A stretch of 59,581 nt of DNA, the filler included. It is 8 parts of 8 records of this genome, joined end to end, with 100 filler letters (N's around TTAATTAATTAA, not from the genome) between each part and the next. Parts side by side here need not be neighbours in the genome. Positions count along the whole stretch, not along the records: positions 15,991 to 21,056 come from SRR31147125_105403; positions 21,157 to 27,412 come from SRR31147125_105484; positions 27,513 to 38,791 come from SRR31147125_105496; 5 more parts are not named here. The stretch is one strand, 5' to 3'. Below the pieces are notes generated by a model. The model saw only the letters and a program-made list of their open reading frames with translations, did no database searches and was not told the DNA's origin. This document shows positions 19,930-29,490 of this stretch, piece by piece. Made by a program: the position numbers and the translations under genes. Position 1 is the first letter of the stretch. Every line of letters starts with the position of its first letter.

Positions 19930-21056
19930 TTAGTGGCCATTCAGTTTATCTTTAAGCATCTGGTAGGCTTCTCTTGCTGCTGTAAGGTTTCCAAGTTTAG
20001 CATGACAATCCCCGATCCATTTCAAACTCTCAATCTGATTGGGAGAACTGATAAAGTATTGTTCATAGGCCAGTACGGCGCCTGCATAATCGCCCCTTGT
20101 TTTTAAATTGTCTCCCATATTCTTCCAATAAACAGAATATGTGACGTCCAGGCTCACCGCCTGCTGGAGATACGCCAGCCCCCGGTCGAATTCATCCATT
20201 GAAAAGCAAAGGTCTGCCATGCTTATATGGAGATCCGGGTCATCCGCCCTTATGGATAGGGCCTTCTGGTATATTTCCAACACGCCTCCGGGATCTCCGC
20301 CATCTGCCAACTCTCTTCCATATATTCGATAAAAGGCGTACAGGGTTTCCGGCGCAATCGCGTTTAAAACAACCTTTTCCCGATCAATGAGACTCATCCA
20401 CTTATGAAGGAGAGCCCTGGAAGCCTCACCAAGTATTTTTCCCTCATTTTCAATTTCCAGTCCTATGGTCTTTACGTCCTGTTCTGCGAGCAGGTTAAAC
20501 TCATTTAATATCCCCTTATGGCCGGGACAAGTTCTCAACCCGTTCAGCAGCAAGCCTTCAACAATGGTACTTAAAGAAAAGGATGAAAAAGGATATATCT
20601 TCTTTGCCTGATCATAATAATAATCGCCTCTTTCTTTCCGCTTCTGTTCAATTTTAGTTAAAAACCGGGAATCATATTCAACAGCCGTTTCCAGGGCAAT
20701 GTCCGCAGAGGGATAATCGCTTCTGTATAAAGCGATCAGCCCTTGATAAAAGCTTGAGATACCTTTTTTTGAGTCTCCCAGAATATGGGAGAACTTTTCC
20801 AGTGTCTGTTCAATTAAACGAAATTCATTAAATTCAAGATACGCCTCCAGCAGGCCGACAAGATCTTTTTCAGAACCGGAATCCGTACACAGCCTTTTCA
20901 GACGCAATTGTTCTTCATCATGAAAGGCCACGGCCGTTTCAAGCCGGTCTTTAAACATGCCAAGGTTTTCCATCCTGATTTTGTTGATTCTATCCACGCG
21001 GTGGATATTATTGGCCAGCCAGTCCAGATAGTTGCCGGGCTCGGTTTCAAGTTTTT
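19930..21056 (-). CDS. TPR-repeat protein, C-terminal part (5' truncated), possibly glycosylation-associated
   Basis: Repeated TPR helices (YQKALSI, YLQQAVSLD, W..MGD..., WIGDCHAKLG); frame open to the contig edge. Confidence 0.8.
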
Positions 21057-21156
21057 NNNNNNNNNNNNNNNNNNNNNNNNNNNNNNNNNNNNNNNNNNNN
21101 TTAATTAATTAANNNNNNNNNNNNNNNNNNNNNNNNNNNNNNNNNNNNNNNNNNNN
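21057..21156. other. Artificial contig linker
   Basis: N44-TTAATTAATTAA-N44. Confidence 0.99.
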
Positions 21157-21807
21157 GCGGTCGCGCGGCTCGAACAGTTGGAATCCGTTCTTGCCACCCA
21201 CCTGACCACTCTCGGCCAGGCGCTCGAGACGCCCATGACCCGCCTGATCGAAACGGCATCCGTGGCCCCGCGCGCCGCGGCCCGGCTCGTCGACCAGATA
21301 CGCACGGAAAGCGCCAAACAGGTTGACCGGGATAATCGCGTGCTTGACGAACGACGGCGCATAATGGAAGAACTCGACACGCTCTCCACCTGCTTGGGCG
21401 AGAACCTGGCCGGGCAGCGCGACGCCATTGAACAGCTTGTGATTGCATCCCGGGGGATGATGGATGACGTCGGGCGCCGATTCACCGACCAAGTGGAAAA
21501 GGACGTCTCGAACTTATCCGCCGTGGCCGACACCTTCTCCGTCAGCGCGGTGGAAATGGCGAGCCTCGGCGATTCATTCAGCAAAGCCGTCGAGCTGTTT
21601 AACGCCTCCAACCAAGCGCTGGTGAACAATGCAGCCCGGATCGAGGAGGCCTTGGATCAAACAACTGCCCGCAGCGACGATCAACTGGGATACTTCGTGG
21701 CCCAGGCCCGCGAAATTATTGACCATTCCATGCTGTCGCAAAGAGAAATCTTCGAAGAATTGCGGAAACTGCGCCCCAAGAATGACGTGGATCTCGAGGC
21801 CAACTGA
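21157..21807 (+). CDS. zorA: ZorA-like (DUF802-type) long helical tail, C-terminal part (5' truncated)
   Basis: HLTTLGQALE.PMTRLIETAS.APRAAA and RSDDQL.Y.VAQAREIID.SMLSQ..I.EEL, as I recognise from DUF802-type proteins; stop codon overlaps the OmpA/MotB gene start. Confidence 0.72.
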   Translation, partial: AVARLEQLESVLATHLTTLGQALETPMTRLIETASVAPRAAARLVDQIRTESAKQVDRDNRVLDERRRIMEELDTLSTCLGENLAGQRDAIEQLVIASRGMMDDVGRRFTDQVEKDVSNLSAVADTFSVSAVEMASLGDSFSKAVELFNASNQALVNNAARIEEALDQTTARSDDQLGYFVAQAREIIDHSMLSQREIFEELRKLRPKNDVDLEAN

Positions 21808-22442
21808 TGGATGAACTGGAAGAGAGCGACTCCCACACCCCCATCTGGGCGATTTTCGGGGACTTGATGTCCGGCCTGGTCGGCGTTTTTGTCCTGCTGC
21901 TGGTATGGACATTGGGCTTCCAGGTCGAATTGGCCCAATCATTGAAGACCGCCGTCGATCAGCGAAAAGTCGAGCAGCAGCGTCGCATGGCCCTTGAACA
22001 TGCGCTGTCCGATCCCCTGACCCAGGGACGGGTGACGCTTCGCAACGGCCGTATCGGCATCAGCGGCAGCGTTTTGTTTCTGCTTAATTCCGATCAATTA
22101 CAGCCCGAGGGGCGCACGCTGCTTCGATCGCTTGTCCAACCCCTGCGGGTTTATCTCGGCGATCGTGAAGAACTGCTAATGGTCAGCGGGTTTACCGATG
22201 ATCTCACGATCCATGCGGACAACTACCGGTTCGATGATAATTGGGACCTGTCGGCGCAACGCGCGCTGACCGTGACCCGGGTACTGATTGAGGAGGGCAT
22301 GCCCGAGGACCTGGTGTTCGCCGCCGCCTTTGGTGAGAATCATCCCGTGGCTTCCAACCGGGATGAACCCTCACGCTCGAAAAACCGCCGGGTGGAGATC
22401 GCACCGGTTCCAACGGTCAGCGCGCATAAGGACGGGGGATAA
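21807..22442 (+). CDS. zorB: ZorB-like MotB/OmpA-family protein
   Basis: WAIFGDLMSGL TM helix with the conserved ion-binding Asp; OmpA-like PG-binding domain (SGFTD, NWDLSAQRA, NRRVEI). Confidence 0.8.
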   Translation: MDELEESDSHTPIWAIFGDLMSGLVGVFVLLLVWTLGFQVELAQSLKTAVDQRKVEQQRRMALEHALSDPLTQGRVTLRNGRIGISGSVLFLLNSDQLQPEGRTLLRSLVQPLRVYLGDREELLMVSGFTDDLTIHADNYRFDDNWDLSAQRALTVTRVLIEEGMPEDLVFAAAFGENHPVASNRDEPSRSKNRRVEIAPVPTVSAHKDGG

Positions 22443-23196
22443 TGGAAACGCAGCACACTCCCGCATCACGACTGGCATTTTTGACCGAACAAGGGGCGGA
22501 TCGCTTCGATCCCATCCGATTTAGTTATCTCTCCTCATTGGTGCGACGATCCGAGGAGCAAAAGGCGCCTGTTCGTCAGCTGTTGGAGCAAAAAGCACTG
22601 CAGGCCATAGATGATTACCAGGCGCGGTTTGAAACCGGCCGCGAGGAGGCAGCCCAGCACGTCGTCCGCATCGCCGAGAAATTGCCTGATGCAGCCGAAC
22701 TGCTTCGAGCGCGTTTTGAGCGGGGCGATTTTAATGGGATAAGGCGAATGGCCGAGAGGCTCGATCGGGACCGTGGGGGAGCCCGATTGCCACGCTAAGC
22801 GATCGAATCGCCCGGGCCGGGCAGCTTGCCGGTGAGAATGTGGCCCAATTCTCGATAGATGCGTTGCTGCAAAGGCAGGAGGAAGACGCCGTCGGATCGC
22901 TCGGCGGTAACGGCGCACCACCCCTCATGCCCGGCACGAGACTGCGCGCGTTCCATCTTTTGGAAAGGACATGGGCCACCCACTATGCCGAGACGTTGGT
23001 CTCACATGCCATCACCCATGTCCCGGAGAATCCAGGCCATTTGAACAGCCAAATGCTGGCCACGCGTTGCCTTGCCGCCATGCGACAATTGGCCCCCGCC
23101 TACCTTCGGCGCTGGGTGACCTATATGGAGACATTGCTGTGGCTGGAGGGCGCCGGCCAGGATGATGGTCCGCGACCCACCAAGGCCAGCCGCTGA
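22442..23196 (+). CDS. DUF2894-family protein (Zorya type III accessory gene); frameshift at G run 22775-22779
   Basis: GADRFDPIRF..L..L.RR N-terminus and PENPGHLNS..L..R.L..MR.L.P.YL.R...Y.ETLLWLE C-terminus; one extra G joins ORFs 22442-22798 and 22840-23196. Confidence 0.78.
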
Positions 23197-23225
23197 TCCG
23201 ATAAAAAGTTGGCCCAGGGCCGGCG

Positions 23226-23987
23226 CTATCGGCCGCCATAGCGGTCGGCCAGGTCAGTGTAGCGCAACCCCTTGCCGCCAAAGATGTCCAGGGCGCTGCC
23301 CACGGTGAAATCGATCCGGCCGTTGCCCAGGGCCTCGATGCGGTCGATGTCCGCCTGGCTGGAGATACCGCCGGCATAGGTGACCGGCAGGCCCTGCCAT
23401 TGTCCAAGGTAGGCTACCAGATCGGTTTCGATGCCGGCACAGCGTCCCTCCACGTCCACGGCGTGAATGAGAAATTCATCGCAGTAATCGGCAAGGCGGT
23501 CCATGAGCGCGTACGTGACCGCCTCATCGGTAAATGTCTGCCAGCGGTTGGTGGCGACCAGATATGCATCCTGGCGCTTGCGGCAACTCAGGTCGAGCAC
23601 CAGGTGCGATTTCCCGATTTTGCGGGTCAGTTCTTTTAGGCGCGCCATGTGGATGCGGCCGTCGTCGACCACCCAGGAGGTGACGATGACGTGACTGGCA
23701 CCGGCGTCCAGCCACTCCTTGGCGTTGTCTGCATCGATCCCCCCCACCTGCAGGCCGCCGGGCCAGGCGGCGAGGGCCGCGCGGGCCGCATCCGCGTTGC
23801 CGGGGCCCAGTTGGATCACATGCCCGCCCGTTAGATAATCCAGGCGATAGCGCTCGGCAAACCAGGCGGACGATTGCCGGGCCTGGAAATTGGTCTCCAG
23901 GCTGTCGGATGCGGTGTCGGAGAGGGTGGCGCCGACAATCTGTTTGACCACGCCGCCGTGAAGATCGATACAAGGGCGAAAGCGCAT
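23226..23987 (-). CDS. hisA: ProFAR isomerase, eukaryote-like (His6-type) HisA
   Basis: FRPCIDLHGG.VKQIVG, GGHVI.LG, LVLDLSCR, EFLIHAVDVEG.C.GI, VTYAGG, TVGSALDIFGG. Confidence 0.9.
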   Translation of the reverse strand: MRFRPCIDLHGGVVKQIVGATLSDTASDSLETNFQARQSSAWFAERYRLDYLTGGHVIQLGPGNADAARAALAAWPGGLQVGGIDADNAKEWLDAGASHVIVTSWVVDDGRIHMARLKELTRKIGKSHLVLDLSCRKRQDAYLVATNRWQTFTDEAVTYALMDRLADYCDEFLIHAVDVEGRCAGIETDLVAYLGQWQGLPVTYAGGISSQADIDRIEALGNGRIDFTVGSALDIFGGKGLRYTDLADRYGGR

Positions 23988-24115
23988 GGGAAAGGCTCCT
24001 AAAGGTTCTAACTATGAATATTTTAACCACGGGCCACGCCCGAGCGGCCCCAAGCGGGGCGAACCGCCCAACATTGGCAATCGTCCGGCGATGTCGTCCA
24101 CGGTAATGTGCATCG

Positions 24116-26593
24116 TTATTCTTCCCCCACGTTGTTCTGGTGCAACAAAAGATCCTTGAACGTTTTCCCGGGAACCGGGGTGAGAAAAAATCCCTGCAAA
24201 CTGCTGCAGCCGTGGCGAAATAGAAAATCCATTTGCTCTTTTGTTTCCACGCCTTCGGCCACGGCGTTAATGTTGAGATTGTTAGCCATGGTAATGATCG
24301 TCTTGATAATTTCCTGGTCGCCTTTATTTTCCATGGCATCGGTAATGAACGACCGATCGATTTTAAGACTGTCGATGGGAAACCGCTGCAAATAACTCAG
24401 CGATGAGTATCCGGTGCCGAAATCGTCGATGGAAAAGGTCACCCCCCGGGCACGCACGGTTTTCATCTTGGCGATACAGTTTTCAGGGTCCTGGATCATG
24501 TTGCTTTCGGTGACTTCCAAGTTGAGATGCCCGGGCGGCAGACCACTCTGTTTGAGGATGTCGATCACCATCTGTTCGAAATCGGGCTCTTGAAGTTGCC
24601 TGGCGGTCAGATTCACCGAAACGAAAAGGTCGGGAAACCCCATGTCATGCCACCGTTTGGTTTGGACACAGGCGGTTTTCAAGACCCAGCGGCCTACGGG
24701 AACAATAATTCCGGTTTCTTCGGTGATCCGGATAAAATCGGCTGGTAGAATAAGGCCCATTTCCGGATGGTCCCAGCGCAGCAGGGCTTCCATGCCCACG
24801 ATGCGATTGGCCCGGTTCACCAGCGGTTGGTAGTACACCAGCAGTTCATTGCCTGAAAGGGCTTTACGCAGACTGTTTTCCATCTTCATGCGGTGCAGGG
24901 CTTTGCTGTTCATCTCCTCGGTGAAGAAACGGTAGCCATTCCCACCTTCTTCCTTGGCGGCATACATGGCCATGTCCGCGCTTTTGACCAATCCCTCCAC
25001 ATCCCACCCATCGGAGGGAAACACGCTGATGCCGATGCTCGTGGAAGTGAATATCTCCTGCCCGCTGGAGGTGAACGGACGCTTGATGGCGTTGAGGATT
25101 TTGCGCGTCACGCGGGCCACATCGATATCGCGGCTCAAATTTGTGAGAATGATCGTAAACTCATCTCCGCCCAGGCGGTACAGGTGGTCCGTCTCCCGCA
25201 GGCATGTCTTGAGCCGTTCGGCGACATTTTTCAGTAACCAGTCACCGGTGTCGTGGCCCAACGTGTCGTTGACTTGCTTGAATTTATCCAAATCCAGAAA
25301 CATCAGGGCCCAAGACCGGTCCGAATGTCGGCGGCTGGAGTGCTGCAACAGGTCGTCCAGACGCATATAGAAGGACTTGCGGTTGGGCAGTCCCGTGAGA
25401 CTGTCGTGATAGGCCACAAAGCGCAGCTCTTCATCCTTTTTGCGACGTTCGGTAATGTCCTGAAGGGTAATGATGAAACCGTCGGGGCTGCCCGCAGAGT
25501 CGAAAAACACCGCGCCGCTGATGGACACGTCCACGATCCGTCCATCTTTGGTGGCGCGTCTGGTTTCCACGCCCGAAAATGCGTGCCCCTGTTTAAGGTG
25601 ATCCATGAACGCGCTGGTTTCCGGCAGGTTTTCCGTGGGAACGAAATCGATGTGCTGACTGCGGCATTCGGCCATGGTCCAGCCGAATACCCGGGTAAAG
25701 GCGGGATTCAGATAAATGACGCGGCCGTCCATATCCCTGACAATAACCGGATCGGGAGCGGCTTCCAATACCGTGCGGTGTCTCTCTTCGCTTTTTCTGA
25801 GGGCCTCCTGGTCACGCTTGCGCCGGGTGATGTTGCGGTAAAAAATATAAATCGCCGGTTCGTCTTTTTCCGTGGCGATCGGCTTGGCCAGGATGGACAC
25901 ATCCACCAGGGATCCGTCCTTGCGGGCGCGCTGGGTCTCAACCTCGAAGCACTCACCACCCATCACGCGCGCAGACAAGGAGAGGCTTTCCGCCTGCAGA
26001 TGTGCCGGTACCGTTAACTCTTCGATTCGCCGGCCGATACACTCCTTCTCTGTATATTTAAAAAGTCGGCAGAACTCTTCGTTGACGCGAATCACGGTGT
26101 CGGAAAAGTCAAGAATGGCGATGGCTTCCGGAGCGATATGGATTAATTGTTCAGCGTAGTTTTTCTGATTGTGCAGCTTTTTTTCAGCCCGACGTTGTGT
26201 GGTAACGTCACGGATGATGCTTTGGTAACCATAAACCTGGCCGTCGGGTGTGTCGAGGCGCATGGAAGTGAGCAGGCAATGCCTGAGGTGTTGGCGATTG
26301 TCCACGAAAATCGCCGGTGTATCGTGAATCAGGTCCGTTTGGTTCAGCCGGTCGACCAGGTGCCTACGATCCTCTACATTCGCGTAAAAATTGGTGATAT
26401 CGGCCTGTTGAAGTTCGGTCCGGGAAAGTCCGAAAAAGGCCAAGGCCGCCGGATTGAAGTCCAGTATGCTGCCGTCCGGGGCGGTAACGACAACGGCGTC
26501 AGGTGATCGTTCAAAAAGGATGCGGTAGCGGTGCCGGGCCCGCCGGGTATCGATGGGGGGGGATTTGGATTCGTTGCGCAATTTTCCACTCAT
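24116..26593 (-). CDS. PAS-PAS-PAS-GGDEF-EAL diguanylate cyclase/phosphodiesterase
   Basis: Three PAS/PAC repeats, HDSLTGLPNR, RETD I-site, GGDEF, EALLRW, DDFGTGYSSL. Confidence 0.95.
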   Translation of the reverse strand: MSGKLRNESKSPPIDTRRARHRYRILFERSPDAVVVTAPDGSILDFNPAALAFFGLSRTELQQADITNFYANVEDRRHLVDRLNQTDLIHDTPAIFVDNRQHLRHCLLTSMRLDTPDGQVYGYQSIIRDVTTQRRAEKKLHNQKNYAEQLIHIAPEAIAILDFSDTVIRVNEEFCRLFKYTEKECIGRRIEELTVPAHLQAESLSLSARVMGGECFEVETQRARKDGSLVDVSILAKPIATEKDEPAIYIFYRNITRRKRDQEALRKSEERHRTVLEAAPDPVIVRDMDGRVIYLNPAFTRVFGWTMAECRSQHIDFVPTENLPETSAFMDHLKQGHAFSGVETRRATKDGRIVDVSISGAVFFDSAGSPDGFIITLQDITERRKKDEELRFVAYHDSLTGLPNRKSFYMRLDDLLQHSSRRHSDRSWALMFLDLDKFKQVNDTLGHDTGDWLLKNVAERLKTCLRETDHLYRLGGDEFTIILTNLSRDIDVARVTRKILNAIKRPFTSSGQEIFTSTSIGISVFPSDGWDVEGLVKSADMAMYAAKEEGGNGYRFFTEEMNSKALHRMKMENSLRKALSGNELLVYYQPLVNRANRIVGMEALLRWDHPEMGLILPADFIRITEETGIIVPVGRWVLKTACVQTKRWHDMGFPDLFVSVNLTARQLQEPDFEQMVIDILKQSGLPPGHLNLEVTESNMIQDPENCIAKMKTVRARGVTFSIDDFGTGYSSLSYLQRFPIDSLKIDRSFITDAMENKGDQEIIKTIITMANNLNINAVAEGVETKEQMDFLFRHGCSSLQGFFLTPVPGKTFKDLLLHQNNVGEE

Positions 26594-26964
26594 CTTCGGT
26601 TTTCCCGGTTTTCTAACGGATTTGCCTTTTCGGCGTTGTGCCTGGATTCAACGTAAAAGGGTGACTTTGCGATTCGCCGCTATTCACGAGGGTGCCGAGT
26701 TCAATTGAACCATGGGGGTGGTCATCTATCTGCATTGCGGCAAAACCGGCATCTGCAGGGAATAAAAGATGATGAATCGCCACTATTGAGGATGGCTTGC
26801 AAGTCATTCTGCGTTAAAATGTAACAAATAAGCATGAGTGTTGGCAAGTAGATTAAGACCGATAGCAGAACGGATCGGGTGGTTGATCGTTGACAAGGAT
26901 AGAGCGATCGCATACCTAATTGCAGTTAATTCTTCATGAGGGAATGCAAATGGAAAGGAGACTT

Positions 26965-27412
26965 ATGGAACAAGACCACTGGACACCGGAGCGTCTCTTG
27001 AAACTGTCGGGCGGCTATTGGGAAGCCTGTGTGCTGCACAGCGCCGTGGCCCTGGATATTTTTACCCGTATCGGGGATCAGCCTGTCGACGCCTGGGGAC
27101 TGGCGCGTCAGGCCGATGCATCCGAGGACGCCATGACCCGTTTGCTGGATGCCTTGGTGGCCATGGGCCTTTTGAGCAAACATGCCCGGGGATACGCCAA
27201 CACCCCTGCCAGCCGGACCTACCTTTGTGCTGATTCAGAACAATATAAAGGATTTATAATTATGCACCATCATCATCTGATGGAATCCTGGTCCCGGCTA
27301 CCCGAAGTGGTTACCACCGGCAAACCGATTGAACGTCCCGTCCGGGTCGCGGACTATAAAAAACGAGAGTCATTTCTCATGGGCATGTTCAATCTGGCCA
27401 TGCAACTGGCCC
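26965..27412 (+). CDS. O-methyltransferase (dimerisation domain family), 3' truncated
   Basis: AAGGAG RBS; GYWEACVLHSAVALDIFT, RLLDALVAMGLL, Y.NT. Confidence 0.82.
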
Positions 27413-27512
27413 NNNNNNNNNNNNNNNNNNNNNNNNNNNNNNNNNNNNNNNNNNNNTTAATTAATTAANNNNNNNNNNNNNNNNNNNNNNNNNNNNNNNN
27501 NNNNNNNNNNNN
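27413..27512. other. Artificial contig linker
   Basis: N44-TTAATTAATTAA-N44. Confidence 0.99.
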
Positions 27513-27560
27513 GACTGATCAGTCCTCCTTCGCTTTGTTCTATTCGGTTATCAGATCGAT

Positions 27561-28658
27561 CTAAAATTTCAGGATCGGCTTGATGGTTACGCCGGAATGG
27601 GAGTCCTCAAAAGCCTTTTCGATGTCTTTAAAATCATAAAACTTAACGAGCTTATCCACCGGGAGACGGCCTTCGTTGTAAAACTGCACGAGCTTCGGGA
27701 TAAACACCTGCGGGTCGGACCCGCCCTCGGTCAGCCCCATGAGCGTGACGCTCTTGTTCATGAGAAGCGGCTCAAGCCCGATACCGACAACGGCGTCGCC
27801 CGTGACGCTGGCAAGTACGCACTTGCCCTCCCGGGCCAGGCAGCCAAGCGCCTGCAGGACCAGGATCGGCACGCCCGTACATTCGATGCTGTAATTGGCG
27901 CCGCCGTCCGTAAGCTTTTGGATCTCCTCAACAGCGTCGACCTCTTTGCCGTTGACGGCGTGTGTAGCACCGACCTCCAGCGCCATCTGCAGACGCGAGG
28001 GGACAACGTCCACGGCAATGATCTTGGAGCAGCCGGCGATTTTCGCGGCCATAATAGCGGCCATACCGACGCCGCCGCAGCCGAAGACGGCCAGCGAGGA
28101 GCCGGGTTCCGGTTTGGCGCCGTTTAAAACGGAGCCGGCGCCCGTCTGCACGCCGCAGCCCAGCGAGCACAGCTTGGATAGCTCCTCGTCGGACGCAACG
28201 TCAACCTTGACGGCGTTTCGGGCATCGACGACACAATGCGTTGCGAACGAGCCCTGGCCAAAAAAGGCGGATACGGGCTTGCCGTCCTGGGACACGCGAT
28301 GCGTGCCGTCTTTATATGTCCCGTTAAAAAACAAATCGTTCATAATATCGCAGGCGTATGGATGACCGGCGACGCAGTGGGGGCAGACGCCGCAGGAGGG
28401 GAAGGTAAGGATGACACGGTCGCCTTTTTTCAGCGTTTCAACACCGACGCCGACTTCCTCGACAATACCGACGCCCTCGTGGCCGAATACAGCCGGCAGA
28501 GCTACCGGAATGATTTGCTGCAGACCGGCCGCGTCCGTATGGCATACGCCGCCGGCGACGATCCGGATCAGGGCTTCCGACGCTTTCGGCGCGTCCAGTT
28601 CGACCTCTTCGATGGATAACTGACCGACCTTGTGTGTTACAGCGGCTGTTATTTTCAT
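27561..28658 (-). CDS. Zn-dependent NAD(P) alcohol dehydrogenase (aryl-alcohol dehydrogenase-like)
   Basis: GVCHTD, GHEGVG, SCGVCPHC..G.P.AC, GCGVQTGAG, GCGGVG. Confidence 0.93.
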   Translation of the reverse strand: MKITAAVTHKVGQLSIEEVELDAPKASEALIRIVAGGVCHTDAAGLQQIIPVALPAVFGHEGVGIVEEVGVGVETLKKGDRVILTFPSCGVCPHCVAGHPYACDIMNDLFFNGTYKDGTHRVSQDGKPVSAFFGQGSFATHCVVDARNAVKVDVASDEELSKLCSLGCGVQTGAGSVLNGAKPEPGSSLAVFGCGGVGMAAIMAAKIAGCSKIIAVDVVPSRLQMALEVGATHAVNGKEVDAVEEIQKLTDGGANYSIECTGVPILVLQALGCLAREGKCVLASVTGDAVVGIGLEPLLMNKSVTLMGLTEGGSDPQVFIPKLVQFYNEGRLPVDKLVKFYDFKDIEKAFEDSHSGVTIKPILKF

Positions 28659-28743
28659 GTTTTTTCCTCCCGTGTGTAAGATTATAACAATTGTTCATGT
28701 CGTTTATTCAGATAAATAATTATACAAATTTATCCGTATGATT

Positions 28744-29283
28744 TCAACCGTCCGTGATAATTTTAGACAGGTCTATGACATCCATGCTTTCGGGAATTTC
28801 ATCCCCGCGCGCGCATACCGCGGCTCGGCAGCCCGGCACGCCGGCAAACAGCCGGGCCGTAACGGATGTATCCGGCGTGATGACCGCGCCGTTGCGGCGT
28901 GAAAAACAGAGCTTTTGGAACGGGCGGTCCGTTTTCCCCCACAGTTTGAAAAAGCTTTCCTTGAGAACCCAGAGGTCAAAAAAATCAAACTCGTTCAGCT
29001 CGTCCGGCGCACACACGCGTTCGGCCACGCCCGACCTTACAGGTCGGACCGTTTCAATGTCGGCGCCCACCGGGCCGGGACTCACCGCGCACAATACGTG
29101 CGTTTTGCTATGGCTGAGCGAAAAGCAGATGTCCGGCCTCACGGGAAAATACGGCTTGCCGGTTACATGCTTTTTCACCTCCGGCATCGGTATGCCGTAT
29201 TGGCTTTTTATCATGTGCTCCAAAAGAGTATAGGCAGCGCCTGTACCGGTCAGGCTGCCGCGCTCGGCATAGCACAGCTTCAT
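28744..29283 (-). CDS. 4'-phosphopantetheinyl transferase (Sfp-like)
   Basis: GKP, FSLSHS, VGADIE, WVLKES. Confidence 0.88.
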   Translation of the reverse strand: MKLCYAERGSLTGTGAAYTLLEHMIKSQYGIPMPEVKKHVTGKPYFPVRPDICFSLSHSKTHVLCAVSPGPVGADIETVRPVRSGVAERVCAPDELNEFDFFDLWVLKESFFKLWGKTDRPFQKLCFSRRNGAVITPDTSVTARLFAGVPGCRAAVCARGDEIPESMDVIDLSKIITDG

Positions 29284-29490
29284 AATTTACCCTCGTTTGG
29301 CGTAGCGGCGCAAATTATCAGAAAAACGCCCCGTCTGATGTTTTGAGCCCGGTTTATCCGCCTATCATTATAATACAATAGAAAATATAATACTACCAAT
29401 TCACGGACAATTATGATAAAATAAATAGGATATGTTTAGGATATCTCAACAATTCCTTGACGACGCTCAATGAGAGGGGAGGCGGGCTGG

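Noticed and set aside
26594-26680. c-di-GMP-I riboswitch upstream of the GGDEF-EAL gene (GGCAAA...GAAA, CGCAAAG on the minus strand)
   Set aside because: Motif pieces are in the wrong order and the P2 stem does not pair properly.
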